DNA from: Vicinamibacteria bacterium
GTDB lineage: Bacteria > Acidobacteriota > Vicinamibacteria > Marinacidobacterales > Marinacidobacteraceae
Reading direction: 5' to 3'
NCBI GenBank assembly: GCA_965199715.1
Contig: OZ241322.1
Span: forward strand, 1,888,001 to 1,952,000
DNA length: 64,000 nt
Part shown: positions 20,438 through 30,394 of the stretch, in pieces
Layout of the letters: the number at the start of each line of letters is the position of its first letter
Numbering within the stretch: position 1 is the first letter of the stretch
Made by a program: the position numbers and the translations under genes
The notes under the pieces: generated by a model
What the model saw: the letters and a program-made list of their open reading frames with translations, nothing else
Told to the model about the DNA's origin: nothing
The model's database searches: none

Positions 20438-21480
20438 CGAGCGGTCTGCCCCATGCGCAGCGCCCGCTGCGGGGTCGTCGGCTCGTCCGGATAGAGGCTC
20501 GCCACTTCGTTCCCGTACCCGTTGAAGATGGGCGTCGGGAAGCGCTCCTCGTCATCCAGCCAGTACGACTGCGCCTGGCTCCAGCGCGGGTGCGGGATGT
20601 TCGGGTTCACGTTCGACAGGAACCCGTACTCGTGTTGCTGCATCTCCCAGAAGAACGGGGGCTGGTCCGTGGTCAGCTCGATCTTCACGACCGCCTTCGG
20701 CCCCTTGTAGCCGTACTTCCACGGGATCGCGAGCCGGACCGGAGCGCCGTGCTGGCGCACCAGCGGTTCGCCGTAGACGCCGGTCGCGACGAACGCGAGC
20801 GGGTGCATCGCCTCGTCCATCCTAAGCCCCTCGTGGTACGGCCACGGGTACCAATTGCTGGCGCGCAGCCCGGGCATCTCGTTCGGCCGGTTCAGCGAGA
20901 TGAAGGAGACGAAGCGGGCGTCCGCGGTCGGCTCGACCGCCTCCAGCAGCGCCGAGAGCGGGAATCCGGTCCACGGCACGTTCATCGCCCACCGCTCGAC
21001 GCAGCGGAAGTGATAGACGCGCTCCTCGTGCGGGATCGCGAGCAGGTCGTCGAGGTCGAAGGTGCGCGGGCTGTGGCAGGCGCCGGTGACCTCGATCTCC
21101 CACGGGACCGGGTTGTAGTCCCCCGACAGCTTCCAGACCGCTCCTCCCCGCCCGGCGAGGAACTCGTAGAAGTTGTTGTGGGAACCGGCCACCTCGCGGG
21201 ACATGAGCTCCTTGCGCTCCACCGAGGCCGGCACCTGGTGCGCCTCGTTCGCCGCCGCCGGGAACACGTCGGGCCGCGAGTACGGCACGTCGAGCAGCTC
21301 GGTGCCCTCGGCGCGCTCCGCGCAGGCCATCGAGTACGGACCGAGGAGCGCCGCGGCGCCCATGGTCCCCGACAGCTTCCGGATCAGCGCGCGCCGCCCG
21401 CAGAAGACCTCGAGGTCGGTGATCCCGCCGCCGACCGGGCTGGCCGCGTAGGGGAATCGCCGGGAACTCTTGATGCTCAT
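20434..21480 (-). CDS. msrP: Protein-methionine-sulfoxide reductase catalytic subunit (molybdoenzyme)
   Basis: Start ATG 21480 with GAGGAAGG SD; IT...RR Tat leader, HNNFYEF, RVYHFRCVERW, WPYHEGLRMDEAMHPL, HGAPVRL..PWKYGYK, NVNPNIPHPRWSQ. Confidence 0.93.
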   Translation of the reverse strand: MSIKSSRRFPYAASPVGGGITDLEVFCGRRALIRKLSGTMGAAALLGPYSMACAERAEGTELLDVPYSRPDVFPAAANEAHQVPASVERKELMSREVAGSHNNFYEFLAGRGGAVWKLSGDYNPVPWEIEVTGACHSPRTFDLDDLLAIPHEERVYHFRCVERWAMNVPWTGFPLSALLEAVEPTADARFVSFISLNRPNEMPGLRASNWYPWPYHEGLRMDEAMHPLAFVATGVYGEPLVRQHGAPVRLAIPWKYGYKGPKAVVKIELTTDQPPFFWEMQQHEYGFLSNVNPNIPHPRWSQAQSYWLDDEERFPTPIFNGYGNEVASLYPDEPTTPQRALRMGQTAR

Positions 21481-21589
21481 TGCTAACCTTCCTCGAGCCT
21501 CCCGCCGGGCGGGAGGCGGCTCTGAAACCGCTCGTCCCAATGGTAGCCGCCGGAGCTCTCCGCCATCCGGCCGGCGCCGGCGCCGGCGC

Positions 21590-23020
21590 ATGAGCTGGAG
21601 CATCGACGGCCCCGCGACCGGCGCGGCCCGGGCGCTGTGGGAGTGCGCGGACCCGCCGGCGCGGATGGGCGCGACCGGGAAGAACACCGGACGCTCCCGG
21701 CTCGGCTGGCTGGATCTGCCGGGCGCGGGCGTTCCCGACTACCGGGCCCTCCGGGAGGAGCTGCTCGACGAAGGGTTCCGCCGGCTCACCGTCGTCGGAA
21801 TGGGAGGCGCCGGCCTTTCCTCGGTGACGCTCGCGTCGGTCCTGGCGCGGGAGGCCCCGGGACTTTCGCTGGGTCTGCTCGCGACGCTCGATCCCGACGA
21901 GGTGCGCGGCGAGCTCGAGCGTCGCTCCGAGACCGTATTCCTGATCGCGTCCCGGTCCGGCGCCACCGCCGAGACCCGCGCGCTCGAGGCGGTCCTGGCC
22001 CGGCAGGTCGGGCCCGGGCGCCAGATGCTCGCCCTCACCGCGCCGGGGAGTCCGCTGGAGGTCCATGCGCGGGAGTCGGGGTACCGCCGGATCTTCCACG
22101 GCCATCCCGGGGTCGGGGGCCGGTTCGCGGCGCTGGACGCGTACGGCGCGTTCCCGGCCGCGCTCGCCGGCCACGACGTCGAGCGCGGACTCGACGCGGC
22201 GCGGGAGGCGCGGGCCGAGCTCGACGGCGACTCCCTTCCCGATAGCTTCCGGGCCGGCGAGGCGCTCGCCGCGCTGGCCTCGGTCGGGCTGCTCCGCGTG
22301 CGGCTGTCCGCGTCCCCGGCGTTCGCCGGCCTGCTTCCGTGGCTCGAGCAGCTTTTCGCCGAGAGCCTCGGCAAGGAAGGGAAGGGCGTCCTGCCGGGGG
22401 CCGGCGGCGGGCCGCGCATCCATGTCGGCGAGGGAGGGCCGGACGCGCCGCTCGTGCGCAGCCGGCCCGCGCCGGGAGCGGGGGCGGGCGAGCTGTTCCG
22501 CTGGCAGGTCGCGGTCGGCGTCGCCGGCGCGCTCATGGGCGTGGACCCCTACGACCAGCCGGACATCGACGGGAGCAAGGCCCGCGCCCGGACGCTGCGC
22601 GCCGGCGGAGCGCCGCCGGCCGCGACCGGTCCCGAACTCGCCGAGTTCCTCCGCCGGAACGCCGGCGGCGGGCTGGTGCTGAACGCCTACGGCGCCCGGA
22701 ACCCGGAGAACGAGGCCGCGCTCGGCGCCTTGCGGCGGGAGTTTCCCGACCCGCCGGCGCTCGCGTGGGGGCCCGGGCTCCTGCATTCCTTCGGACAGCT
22801 CCAAAAGGGCGGTCCGCGCGACCTGGCGGTGCTGCAGATCACCTGGGGGGTCGGCGAGGATCTCGTCGGCCCCGACGGGCGCGGCCTCGGCGAGCTCGCG
22901 CACCTGCTCGCGCTCGCCGACTTCGAGGAGATGCGGTCGCGGGGGCGGCCGGTCTGCCGGGCGCACGACCCGGCTCCGGGACCCGCCGCCGTGCTCCGCC
23001 GGATCCGCGAGGCGCTCTGA
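21590..23020 (+). CDS. Glucose-6-phosphate isomerase-like (SIS domain) protein
   Basis: Start ATG 21590; GMGG, ASRSGATAET, GGRF, EQLFAESLGKEGKG, PYDQP, LHSFGQLQKGGP, resembling the Pgi half of Tal-Pgi enzymes. Confidence 0.75.
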   Translation: MSWSIDGPATGAARALWECADPPARMGATGKNTGRSRLGWLDLPGAGVPDYRALREELLDEGFRRLTVVGMGGAGLSSVTLASVLAREAPGLSLGLLATLDPDEVRGELERRSETVFLIASRSGATAETRALEAVLARQVGPGRQMLALTAPGSPLEVHARESGYRRIFHGHPGVGGRFAALDAYGAFPAALAGHDVERGLDAAREARAELDGDSLPDSFRAGEALAALASVGLLRVRLSASPAFAGLLPWLEQLFAESLGKEGKGVLPGAGGGPRIHVGEGGPDAPLVRSRPAPGAGAGELFRWQVAVGVAGALMGVDPYDQPDIDGSKARARTLRAGGAPPAATGPELAEFLRRNAGGGLVLNAYGARNPENEAALGALRREFPDPPALAWGPGLLHSFGQLQKGGPRDLAVLQITWGVGEDLVGPDGRGLGELAHLLALADFEEMRSRGRPVCRAHDPAPGPAAVLRRIREAL

Positions 23021-24400
23021 GTGCTCTGGCGGCGCTCCGCCTCCTGGCTGCGGGACGCGCTGCGGCGGCGCGAGGTCTCGGCCGTCGAGGTCATGGAGGC
23101 GCATCTCAACCGCATCGAGGCCGTCAATCCGCGGCTGAACGCGATCGTGACCCTGCTTCCCCGAGAGCGCCTGCTGCGCGACGCGGCGCGGGCGGACGCG
23201 GCGAAGGAGCCGCTCGGCCCGCTCCACGGGCTGCCGGTGGCCCACAAGGACATGTTCCTGACCCGGGGCGTGCGGACGACCCTCGGCTCGCCGATCTACG
23301 CCGACTGGATTCCCGACCGGGATTCGCTCATCGTCGAGCGCCTGCGCGCCGCCGGGGCCATCATGGTCGGCAAGACGAACACCCCCGAGTTCGCCGCCGG
23401 GTCGCAGACGTTCAACCCGGTGTTCGGCCCCACCCGGAACCCGTGGGATCCCGGCCGAACCTGCGGCGGCAGCAGCGGCGGCGCGGCGGTCGCGCTTTCG
23501 GCCGGGATGCTCCCGATCGCCGACGGCAGCGACTACGGCGGATCGCTGCGGAACCCGGCGAGCTTCTGCGGCGTGGTGGGCCTGCGGCCGACTCCGGGCC
23601 GGGTTCCCGACTGGCCCGACCCGGCGCCGTGGTTTCCGATGGCCACTCCGGGGCCGATGGCGCGGACGGTGGACGACGTCGCCCTGATGCTCGGCGCGAT
23701 CGCCGGACCCGATCCCCGGGCCCCGCTCTCGCTGCCCGCGACGCAACCGGGGCGGAGCGGCTTCGAGGGCGTCCGCGTCGCGTGGGCGGCCGACTTCGCC
23801 GGGCTGCCCTTCGAACCCGGGGTGCTGGACGCGATCGCGCCCGCCCGCCGGGCGCTGACGGACCTCGGCTGCGTCGTCGAGGAGCGGTCTCCCGACATGC
23901 GCGACGCGGCGACGGTGTTCGCGCGGTATCGGGCGTTCTGGTTCGAGCTGCGGTTCGGCCCGCTGCTCGAGCGCCATCGGTCCCGGATGAAGGACGCGGT
24001 GGTGGAGGAGATCGAGGCGGGCCGGCGGCTCACCGCGGCCGAACTCGCCGACGCCAGCCGGCGCTGGGCGGGGATCCTCGAGCGCCTCGCCCGCTTCCAG
24101 GCGGATTGCCCGTACTTCGCGCTGCCGGTCGCGCAGGTTCTCCCCTTCGCCGTCGAGACCCCGTGGCCCGCCGAGGTCGCCGGCGTGACGATGCGGAACT
24201 ACACCGAGTGGATGGGTTCGTGCGCCTTCGTCTCGCTGCTCGGGGTTCCGGCGCTCTCGCTGCCCGCGGGGTTCGCCGCCGGATTGCCGGTGGGGCTTCA
24301 GATCGTCGGCCCCCGGGGCGACGACTCCGGAACGCTCCGGCTCGCCCGCGCGCTCGAGAAGCGGCTCGGGGCCGCTCCCATGCCGGAACTCACGCCCTGA
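23021..24400 (+). CDS. Amidase signature family enzyme
   Basis: GPLHGLPVAHKD, GKTNTPEF, GGSSGGAA, GSDYGGSLRNPASFCG, GLPVGLQIVG. Confidence 0.95.
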   Translation: MLWRRSASWLRDALRRREVSAVEVMEAHLNRIEAVNPRLNAIVTLLPRERLLRDAARADAAKEPLGPLHGLPVAHKDMFLTRGVRTTLGSPIYADWIPDRDSLIVERLRAAGAIMVGKTNTPEFAAGSQTFNPVFGPTRNPWDPGRTCGGSSGGAAVALSAGMLPIADGSDYGGSLRNPASFCGVVGLRPTPGRVPDWPDPAPWFPMATPGPMARTVDDVALMLGAIAGPDPRAPLSLPATQPGRSGFEGVRVAWAADFAGLPFEPGVLDAIAPARRALTDLGCVVEERSPDMRDAATVFARYRAFWFELRFGPLLERHRSRMKDAVVEEIEAGRRLTAAELADASRRWAGILERLARFQADCPYFALPVAQVLPFAVETPWPAEVAGVTMRNYTEWMGSCAFVSLLGVPALSLPAGFAAGLPVGLQIVGPRGDDSGTLRLARALEKRLGAAPMPELTP

Positions 24401-25031
24401 GGTCGTGGACGTACTCGTACATGTACCAGACCCCCACGCTGCGGAAGGGCCGCCAGCGCTCCGCCGCCTCGACGTAGGCGGACGGCGGCGCGTCCTCGCC
24501 GATCCCGTAGAGGGCCCGCATCGCCCGCAGCACCGCCGCGTCCCCCGGCGTGAACACGTCGGGCCGGTTCAGGGTGAAGATGAGGTGCATGTGCGCGGTC
24601 CACTCGCCGATCCCGCGCACCACCGTCAGCCGGGCGATCACCTCGGCGTCGTCCGCCGTCTCGAGTCCGCGAAGGTCCAGTTCCCCCGACTCGATCCGCC
24701 TGGCGAGGTCCCGCAGGTAGGCGATCTTCCGCCGCGAGAGCCCGATCCGACGCAGCGTCGCGTCCCGGCGGCGCAGCACGTTCGCGGCCTCGGGCGGATC
24801 CCCGGCGAGCTTGACGAGCCGTCCGTAGATGCTGCGCGCCGCCGCGGCCGAGATCTGCTGGGCCACGATGGCGCCTGCGAGGGTTCCGAAGGAGTTGGGG
24901 CGCGGGCCGAGCGAGCAGGGGCCGAGCCGCTCGATGAGGCCGCCGAGGACCGGATCGTTCCGGCGCAGGCGCTCGAGGGCGGGAGTCCAGCCCGGAGCCG
25001 CGTCCGCGCCCGGCGTCCACGGCCCGTCCAT
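24390..25031 (-). CDS. DNA-3-methyladenine glycosylase II (AlkA family, HhH-GPD)
   Basis: AIVAQQIS, GLSRRK, LTVVRGIGEWTA (HhH), RPDVF..GD, WRPFRS. Confidence 0.9.
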   Translation of the reverse strand: MDGPWTPGADAAPGWTPALERLRRNDPVLGGLIERLGPCSLGPRPNSFGTLAGAIVAQQISAAAARSIYGRLVKLAGDPPEAANVLRRRDATLRRIGLSRRKIAYLRDLARRIESGELDLRGLETADDAEVIARLTVVRGIGEWTAHMHLIFTLNRPDVFTPGDAAVLRAMRALYGIGEDAPPSAYVEAAERWRPFRSVGVWYMYEYVHDLRA

Positions 25032-25066
25032 CGCGGCGGAAGCATAGGCGTCGTTACCATCGCGGC

Positions 25067-25798
25067 GTGCTCGCGCTCGCCGCTGCGGTCCTGCCGCTTC
25101 TCCAGGCGCCCGATCCCCGGGAGATCATCGACCGGGCCGACCAGCTTCTGCGGGGCGACTCGAGCCGCGCCGTGGCCGCGATGGAGGTTGTCACCGAGCA
25201 CTGGTCGCGCGAGATGACCATGGAGATGTGGTCGCTCGGCGCCGACTACGCCCTCGTCCGGCTGCGCTCGCCGCGCAAGGACGCGGGAACCGCGACGCTG
25301 AAGGCCCGGGACGACATCTGGAACTACCTGCCCAAGGTGGACCGGACGATCAAGATCCCCGCCTCGATGATGGGCGGCGCGTGGATGGGCTCCCACTTCA
25401 CGAACGACGACCTCGTGAAGGAGAGCCGGCTGATCGACGACTACGACATCGAGATCACCTTCAACGGCGAGGATTCGGGCGGCACGGCGGTCTGGGAGCT
25501 CACGCTCGTTCCGCTTCCCGAGGCGCCGGTGGTCTGGGGGCGCATCGAGTATCGGGTCCGCCAGGCCGACTTCATGCCGCTTTCGGTCCGGTTCTACGAC
25601 GAGGACGGCGAGCTCGCGCGGCGCATGGAGCATTCCGGGTTCGTCCGGTTCGGCGGGCGGCTCGTGCCCTCGGTGCTGGACATGTACCCCGCGGAAAAGC
25701 CCGGCGAGCGGACCACGATCCGGTACCAGGAGCTGGAGTTCGACGTGGATCTCGACCCCTCCTTCTTCTCGCTCCGGAGCCTGCAGCGCGGGAGGTAG
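25067..25798 (+). CDS. Outer-membrane lipoprotein-sorting (LolA-like) protein
   Basis: Signal peptide; P.KDAGTATLK, IWNYLPKVDRTIKI, WMGSHFTNDDL, FFSLRSL. TACCAT -10 box 6 nt upstream. Confidence 0.85.
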   Translation: MLALAAAVLPLLQAPDPREIIDRADQLLRGDSSRAVAAMEVVTEHWSREMTMEMWSLGADYALVRLRSPRKDAGTATLKARDDIWNYLPKVDRTIKIPASMMGGAWMGSHFTNDDLVKESRLIDDYDIEITFNGEDSGGTAVWELTLVPLPEAPVVWGRIEYRVRQADFMPLSVRFYDEDGELARRMEHSGFVRFGGRLVPSVLDMYPAEKPGERTTIRYQELEFDVDLDPSFFSLRSLQRGR

Positions 25799-25804
25799 CG
25801 CCCG

Positions 25805-27058
25805 GTGTCCCCCTGGCGGCGAATCGGCTGGCGCAACCTCGGACGGAACCCGCGCCGGACGATCCTCACCTCGCTCGGCCTCGCGGTCGGCTACTTCGCG
25901 GTCGTGTTCATCATCGGCTGGGCGGGCGGGATCACCGCCGAGCTGGTCGAGAACGCCACCTCGCTGGTCGGGGGCGCGATCGAGGTCCACCACCGCGACT
26001 ATCTGCCCGACCGCGGCCTCTACGACACGCTCGGCGGGCGCGACGGAGTGGACGTCGCGGAGCTTCTGGGCGCGATCGAGGCCGCGCCCGGGGTCGTGGC
26101 GGCGGCTCCCCGCGTGTACGGGGGCGGCCTCGTCAGTTCCGGCGACGCCACCGCCGCGGGGGCGCTGTACGGCGTGGACCCCGAACGGGAGACGCGGCTG
26201 ACCCGCTTCCTCGATCCGCTCGTGGCCGGCCGGCTCCCGTCCGCCGGAGCGGGCGAGGTCGCGGTCGGCGAGGAGATGGCGCGGCAGCTCTCGGTCGAGG
26301 TCGGAGACGAGCTCGTCGTCGTCGCCTCGGCGGCCGACGGCTCCATGGGGAACGACCTCTTCACCGTGTCCGGCGTGTTCCGCACTGGGCTGATCGAGTT
26401 CGACGCCGCCACCGCGGTCCTGCCGCTCGGGGACCTCCAGACGCTCATGGCGCTGCCTCCCGGACGCATCCACCAGGTGCTCGTCGGCGTCGCCGATCCG
26501 ACGGACGCGCCGGCGGCCGCCGATGGCGTCGCCCGGGCGATCGGGGCGGAGTCCCGGGAGATCGCGGCGGCCCCGTGGACCGAGCTCAACCCGGTCCTGC
26601 GCGACTACGTGGCGCTCGCGGGCTCCATGTACTGGCTCATCATCGTGATCGTCTTCGCGATGGCGAGTTTCGGCGTCGCGAACACGATGCTCATGGCCAG
26701 CTTCGAGCGCCGGCGCGAGTTCGCGGTCATGCTGGCGCTCGGCGCCGGCCCGCGGGCGGTCGTCGCCACGGTGCTCGGCGAGGCCTTCGCCATCGGGTGC
26801 GCGAGCCTCGCGATCGGCGGCGCGATCAGCTTCCCGCTGATCGCGTGGTTCTACGCCGCGCCCCCGAGCCTCGCCGGAGTCTGGGGGAACGTGACGCTCC
26901 AGGGGGCGCTGCTCACCCCCAGCCTGCGCGTGGGCCTCGATCCGGTCGGGTGGGCGTGGGCCACCGTCGGCCTCCTTCTCACCGCGGTGCTCGCCGGGCT
27001 CTATCCGGCGATCAAGGCGTCGCGCACCCCGCCCGCGGACACGCTCGCCGGCCACTGA
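25805..27058 (+). CDS. ABC permease (LolE/MacB-FtsX type) 1
   Basis: GWRNLGRNPRRTILT, ANTMLMASFERRREFAVMLALG, LYPAIKASR. Confidence 0.92.
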   Translation: MSPWRRIGWRNLGRNPRRTILTSLGLAVGYFAVVFIIGWAGGITAELVENATSLVGGAIEVHHRDYLPDRGLYDTLGGRDGVDVAELLGAIEAAPGVVAAAPRVYGGGLVSSGDATAAGALYGVDPERETRLTRFLDPLVAGRLPSAGAGEVAVGEEMARQLSVEVGDELVVVASAADGSMGNDLFTVSGVFRTGLIEFDAATAVLPLGDLQTLMALPPGRIHQVLVGVADPTDAPAAADGVARAIGAESREIAAAPWTELNPVLRDYVALAGSMYWLIIVIVFAMASFGVANTMLMASFERRREFAVMLALGAGPRAVVATVLGEAFAIGCASLAIGGAISFPLIAWFYAAPPSLAGVWGNVTLQGALLTPSLRVGLDPVGWAWATVGLLLTAVLAGLYPAIKASRTPPADTLAGH

Positions 27059-28335
27059 TGCCGCTCCGCCTCCTCCTCGTCCTCGCCCTGCGCAACCTGC
27101 GCCGCCAGTTGCGGCGCTCGATCCTCACCGCGGCCGCGATGGCGTTCGGCGGCGTGCTCATCGTCTTCACGTTCACCCTTTCCGACGGCAGCCACGAGCA
27201 GTGGATCGACTCGGCGGTGCGCCTCGGCAGCGGCCACGTCACGGTGGAGCGCCCCGAGTACCGGCTCAGCCGGCGCATCGACGACCGCCTCGACGACGAG
27301 GTTCGCGCCGCCGCCGAGGCGGCGCTCCGGTCGCCGGGGATCGCCCCGGACGTCGTCTCGGTGTCCGCGAGGCTCAACGTGAACGGCCTCGCCGGGTCCG
27401 CCGCCGGGGCGCGCCCGGCGCGGATCGTTGCGGTCGATCCCGTCGCCGAACGGGATTTCGGGCCGGTGGACGACGAGATCGTCGAGGGCCGCTATCTCGA
27501 ACCCGGGGATCGGCTCGCCGCCGTGGTCGGAGTCGAGCTGCGCGACGCGCTCGACCTGCGGCTCGGTTCGCGGCTCGTGGTGCAAGCGCAGGACGCCGAG
27601 CGCGAGATCGCCGGGCAGTTGCTCCGGGTGGTCGGCGTGTTCGAGACCGGGTCGCCCGGCGTGGACCGGGGCGTGATCCACATGCCGCTCGAAGTCGGCG
27701 GCGAGTGGCTCGCGTCGGGAAGCGGAGTGACCAACATCGCGGTGGCGCTCGAAACGAGCCGCGCGACGGGTCGCGTGGCCGAGCGGCTCGCCGAGGCGCT
27801 CGCGGGGCCGCTTGGGGAGAACCGGGCGAGCGTGCTCGGCTGGCGGGAGACGGATCCGGCGCTCGCGTCGGCGCTCGCGATCGACGCGCTCGGCAACTAC
27901 CTGATGCAGGGGTTCCTGTTTCTCATCATCGCGTTCGCGATCGTGAACACGGTGCTCATGTCGGTCATGCACCGCAACCGCGAGTTCGGCGTGCTGCGGG
28001 CGCTCGGGGTCACCCCCGGCCAGAGCGGGGCCATCGTTCTGATCGAGGGCCTGACGCTGTCCGCGCTGAGCGGTCTCGCCGGAGTCGGGGCGGGACTCCT
28101 GCTCACCCAGGGGCTCTTCGGGGACGGGCTGGACTTTTCGGTCCTGCTCGGGGACATGGACCAGATGACCTTCTCCGGCGCGGTGGTCGATCCGATCATC
28201 ATGCCGCTGTTCCGACCCGCCCGGCTCGTCGGGATCACGCTCTTCATCCTCGTCGTGGGCTTCGCCGCCTCGGTGTACCCGGCGCTGCGGGCGGCGCGGA
28301 TCGACATGACCGAGGCGGTCAAATTCGACCGATAG
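27058..28335 (+). CDS. ABC permease (LolE/MacB-FtsX type) 2
   Basis: ATG at 27058 (TGATG overlap); ALRNLRRQLRRSILT, VNTVLMSVMHRNREFGVLRALG, YPALRAAR. Confidence 0.92.
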   Translation: MPLRLLLVLALRNLRRQLRRSILTAAAMAFGGVLIVFTFTLSDGSHEQWIDSAVRLGSGHVTVERPEYRLSRRIDDRLDDEVRAAAEAALRSPGIAPDVVSVSARLNVNGLAGSAAGARPARIVAVDPVAERDFGPVDDEIVEGRYLEPGDRLAAVVGVELRDALDLRLGSRLVVQAQDAEREIAGQLLRVVGVFETGSPGVDRGVIHMPLEVGGEWLASGSGVTNIAVALETSRATGRVAERLAEALAGPLGENRASVLGWRETDPALASALAIDALGNYLMQGFLFLIIAFAIVNTVLMSVMHRNREFGVLRALGVTPGQSGAIVLIEGLTLSALSGLAGVGAGLLLTQGLFGDGLDFSVLLGDMDQMTFSGAVVDPIIMPLFRPARLVGITLFILVVGFAASVYPALRAARIDMTEAVKFDR

Positions 28336-28345
28336 GGGACCTGCG

Positions 28346-29041
28346 ATGGCGAACGAACCGGCGGTCCGGACCGAGAATCTGTGGAAGGTCTTCACCCAGG
28401 AGGCCGAGGAGGTCCACGCGGTCCGGGGCGTGGACCTCGCAGTCGCGTCGGGCGAGTTCACGGCGCTCGCCGGCCCCTCGGGATCCGGCAAGACCACGTT
28501 GCTGAACCTGATCGGCGGCCTCACCCGCCCGACGAGGGGCGACGTCTTCGTGGCGGGGAAGGCGCTCGGCGGCCTGAGCAACCGGGAGCTCGCGCTGCTG
28601 CGCCTGAGCCAGGTCGGATTCGTCTTCCAGGCGTACAACCTGCTTCCGGTGCTGAGCGCGTTCGAGAACGCCGAGTTCCCGATGCTGCTCCAGGGCGTAC
28701 CGCCCGACGAGCGGCGCAAGCGCGTGGACGAGCTCTTCCGCCGCACCGGAATGGAGGGCCTCGAGGACCGGCGCCCGGGCAAGCTCTCGGGCGGGCAGCA
28801 GCAGCGCGTGGCCGTGGTGCGGGCGGTCGCGAGCCGCCCGGCGCTGGTGCTCGCCGACGAGCCCACCGCGAACCTCGATTCGGCGACGAGCGACGCGCTG
28901 CTCGACGTGATGGACGAACTGAACCGCGACCTCGGCGTCACCTTCGTCTTCGCGACGCACGACGCGCGGGTGATGGAGCGGTCCCGGCGGCTGATCCGGA
29001 TGGTGGACGGCGCGGTCGCGAGCGACGGGCGGCGTTCGTGA
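28346..29041 (+). CDS. ABC transporter ATP-binding protein (LolD-like)
   Basis: GPSGSGKTT, GFVFQAYNL, LSGGQQQRVA, LADEPTANLD. Confidence 0.94.
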   Translation: MANEPAVRTENLWKVFTQEAEEVHAVRGVDLAVASGEFTALAGPSGSGKTTLLNLIGGLTRPTRGDVFVAGKALGGLSNRELALLRLSQVGFVFQAYNLLPVLSAFENAEFPMLLQGVPPDERRKRVDELFRRTGMEGLEDRRPGKLSGGQQQRVAVVRAVASRPALVLADEPTANLDSATSDALLDVMDELNRDLGVTFVFATHDARVMERSRRLIRMVDGAVASDGRRS

Positions 29042-30189
29042 GGCGCGCCGCCCTTCTGGCTGGCCTGCTCGGCGCGGCCGTCCCCGCAGCGGCGCAGCCG
29101 GTGACCGGGTACTTCCAGACGGTCCCGATCGCCGCCGACGGCGGCCTGCTCGCCGACTTCACCCGCCTCCGGCTCGCGAGCGACGCGGAACTCGGCGCCT
29201 TCCGGTTCGAGGTCGCGTGGGAGCACGTCCTGACGCTGCGGCGCAACGACGTGCTGCCGGGGTTCACGCTGGGAACCGCGCCCGGCGGCGGGGAGTGGCT
29301 CGACCTCGAATGGACGCTCGCCGAGGGCGAGCACGGGGAATGGCGGCACCGGTTCGACCGGCTCAGCGTCTCGTGGACTCCCGCCGAGACCCTCGAGATC
29401 CGCGCCGGACGGCAGGCGGTCTCGTGGGGCACAACGCTGTTCCTGACCCCGGCCGATCCGTTCACCCCGTTCAACCCGGTGGACCCGTTCCGGCAGTTCC
29501 GGGCCGGCGTCGATGCAGCGCGGGTGCGCTTCTACCCCGGCGCGCTCAGCGAACTGGATCTGGTCGTGCGCCCGACCCCCTCGCCGGACGGAGACGAAAT
29601 CACCGCGGTGGCGCGCGGCCTGACCACCGTGCGGAACTGGGAGATTTCCGGATGGGCCGGCGCGCTCTACGGCGATCCGGCGGCGGCGGGCGCGTTCGCG
29701 GGCGCGCTCGGCGCGTGGGCGGTGCGCGGCGAGACCACGCTCCGAAGCCTCGAGGATCGCACGGCCTTCCGCGGCGTTCTCGGCGTGGACCGCGTGCTCA
29801 AGCTCGCCGGGCGCGACTTCTCGATCGCCGCCGAATACCAGCGCGACGGACTCGGCGCGGCCGACCCCGCGGAATATCTGGACGTGCTGCGGTCGGACTC
29901 CTTCCGGCGCGGCGAACACCAGGTGCTCGGACGCGACGAGGCCGTGCTCCAGGCGTCGTACGCCCTCCACCCGCTGTGGAGCATGAGCGGCCTGTGGTTG
30001 GTGAACCTCAACGACGGCAGCGGCGTCCTCGGCCCCGCGCTCGGCTGGTCCGTAGGCGAGGAGTTCAACCTTGCGGCGGGCGCGTTCCTCGGCTTTGGGG
30101 CCGACGACCAGACTCTCGCGCGCCCCATCCCGTCCGAGTACGGCCTGGCCAAACTGACCGGGTACGTGTCGTTCAGTTGGTATTTCTGA
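29038..30189 (+). CDS. Putative outer-membrane beta-barrel protein
   Basis: GTG 29038 overlaps the previous stop; signal peptide, DRL...GRQAVSWG...GVDAAR, alternating strand pattern, C-terminal YVSFSWYF (BAM-type terminal Phe). Confidence 0.75.
   Translation: MRRAALLAGLLGAAVPAAAQPVTGYFQTVPIAADGGLLADFTRLRLASDAELGAFRFEVAWEHVLTLRRNDVLPGFTLGTAPGGGEWLDLEWTLAEGEHGEWRHRFDRLSVSWTPAETLEIRAGRQAVSWGTTLFLTPADPFTPFNPVDPFRQFRAGVDAARVRFYPGALSELDLVVRPTPSPDGDEITAVARGLTTVRNWEISGWAGALYGDPAAAGAFAGALGAWAVRGETTLRSLEDRTAFRGVLGVDRVLKLAGRDFSIAAEYQRDGLGAADPAEYLDVLRSDSFRRGEHQVLGRDEAVLQASYALHPLWSMSGLWLVNLNDGSGVLGPALGWSVGEEFNLAAGAFLGFGADDQTLARPIPSEYGLAKLTGYVSFSWYF
30154..30176 (+). repeat. Left copy of 23-bp perfect direct repeat bounding the island
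   Basis: CTGACCGGGTACGTGTCGTTCAG is identical at 39026-39048. Confidence 0.9.
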
Positions 30190-30394
30190 CGCGGGGCCGC
30201 AAACCGTTCCCGCTTGGGTGCGCCCGACGGAACCATGCCACAGGCAACGAAGCCGCCGACCCGCCCCTCCTGTCCTTCAGGACCACGTAGACATCTCATC
30301 CGCACAACGCCTCGTCCGTCCGGAATCGGTGCCCGCCGCTACGCTCGGAACGCTCCGCAGTACCGCGTGGCGCGGCATACAATCCACTGTCACC

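Noticed and set aside
21565-21590. CCGGCG tandem run upstream of the pgi-like gene
   Set aside because: Short low-complexity GC repeat expected by chance at this composition.
20822-23977. 1051-aa minus-strand ORF and similar giant ORFs (844..3393, 16335..19367, 24638..27055, 27001..29970, 48866..51358)
   Set aside because: Antisense or shifted shadows of well-supported genes in GC-rich DNA; Arg/Gly/Pro-rich with no motifs.
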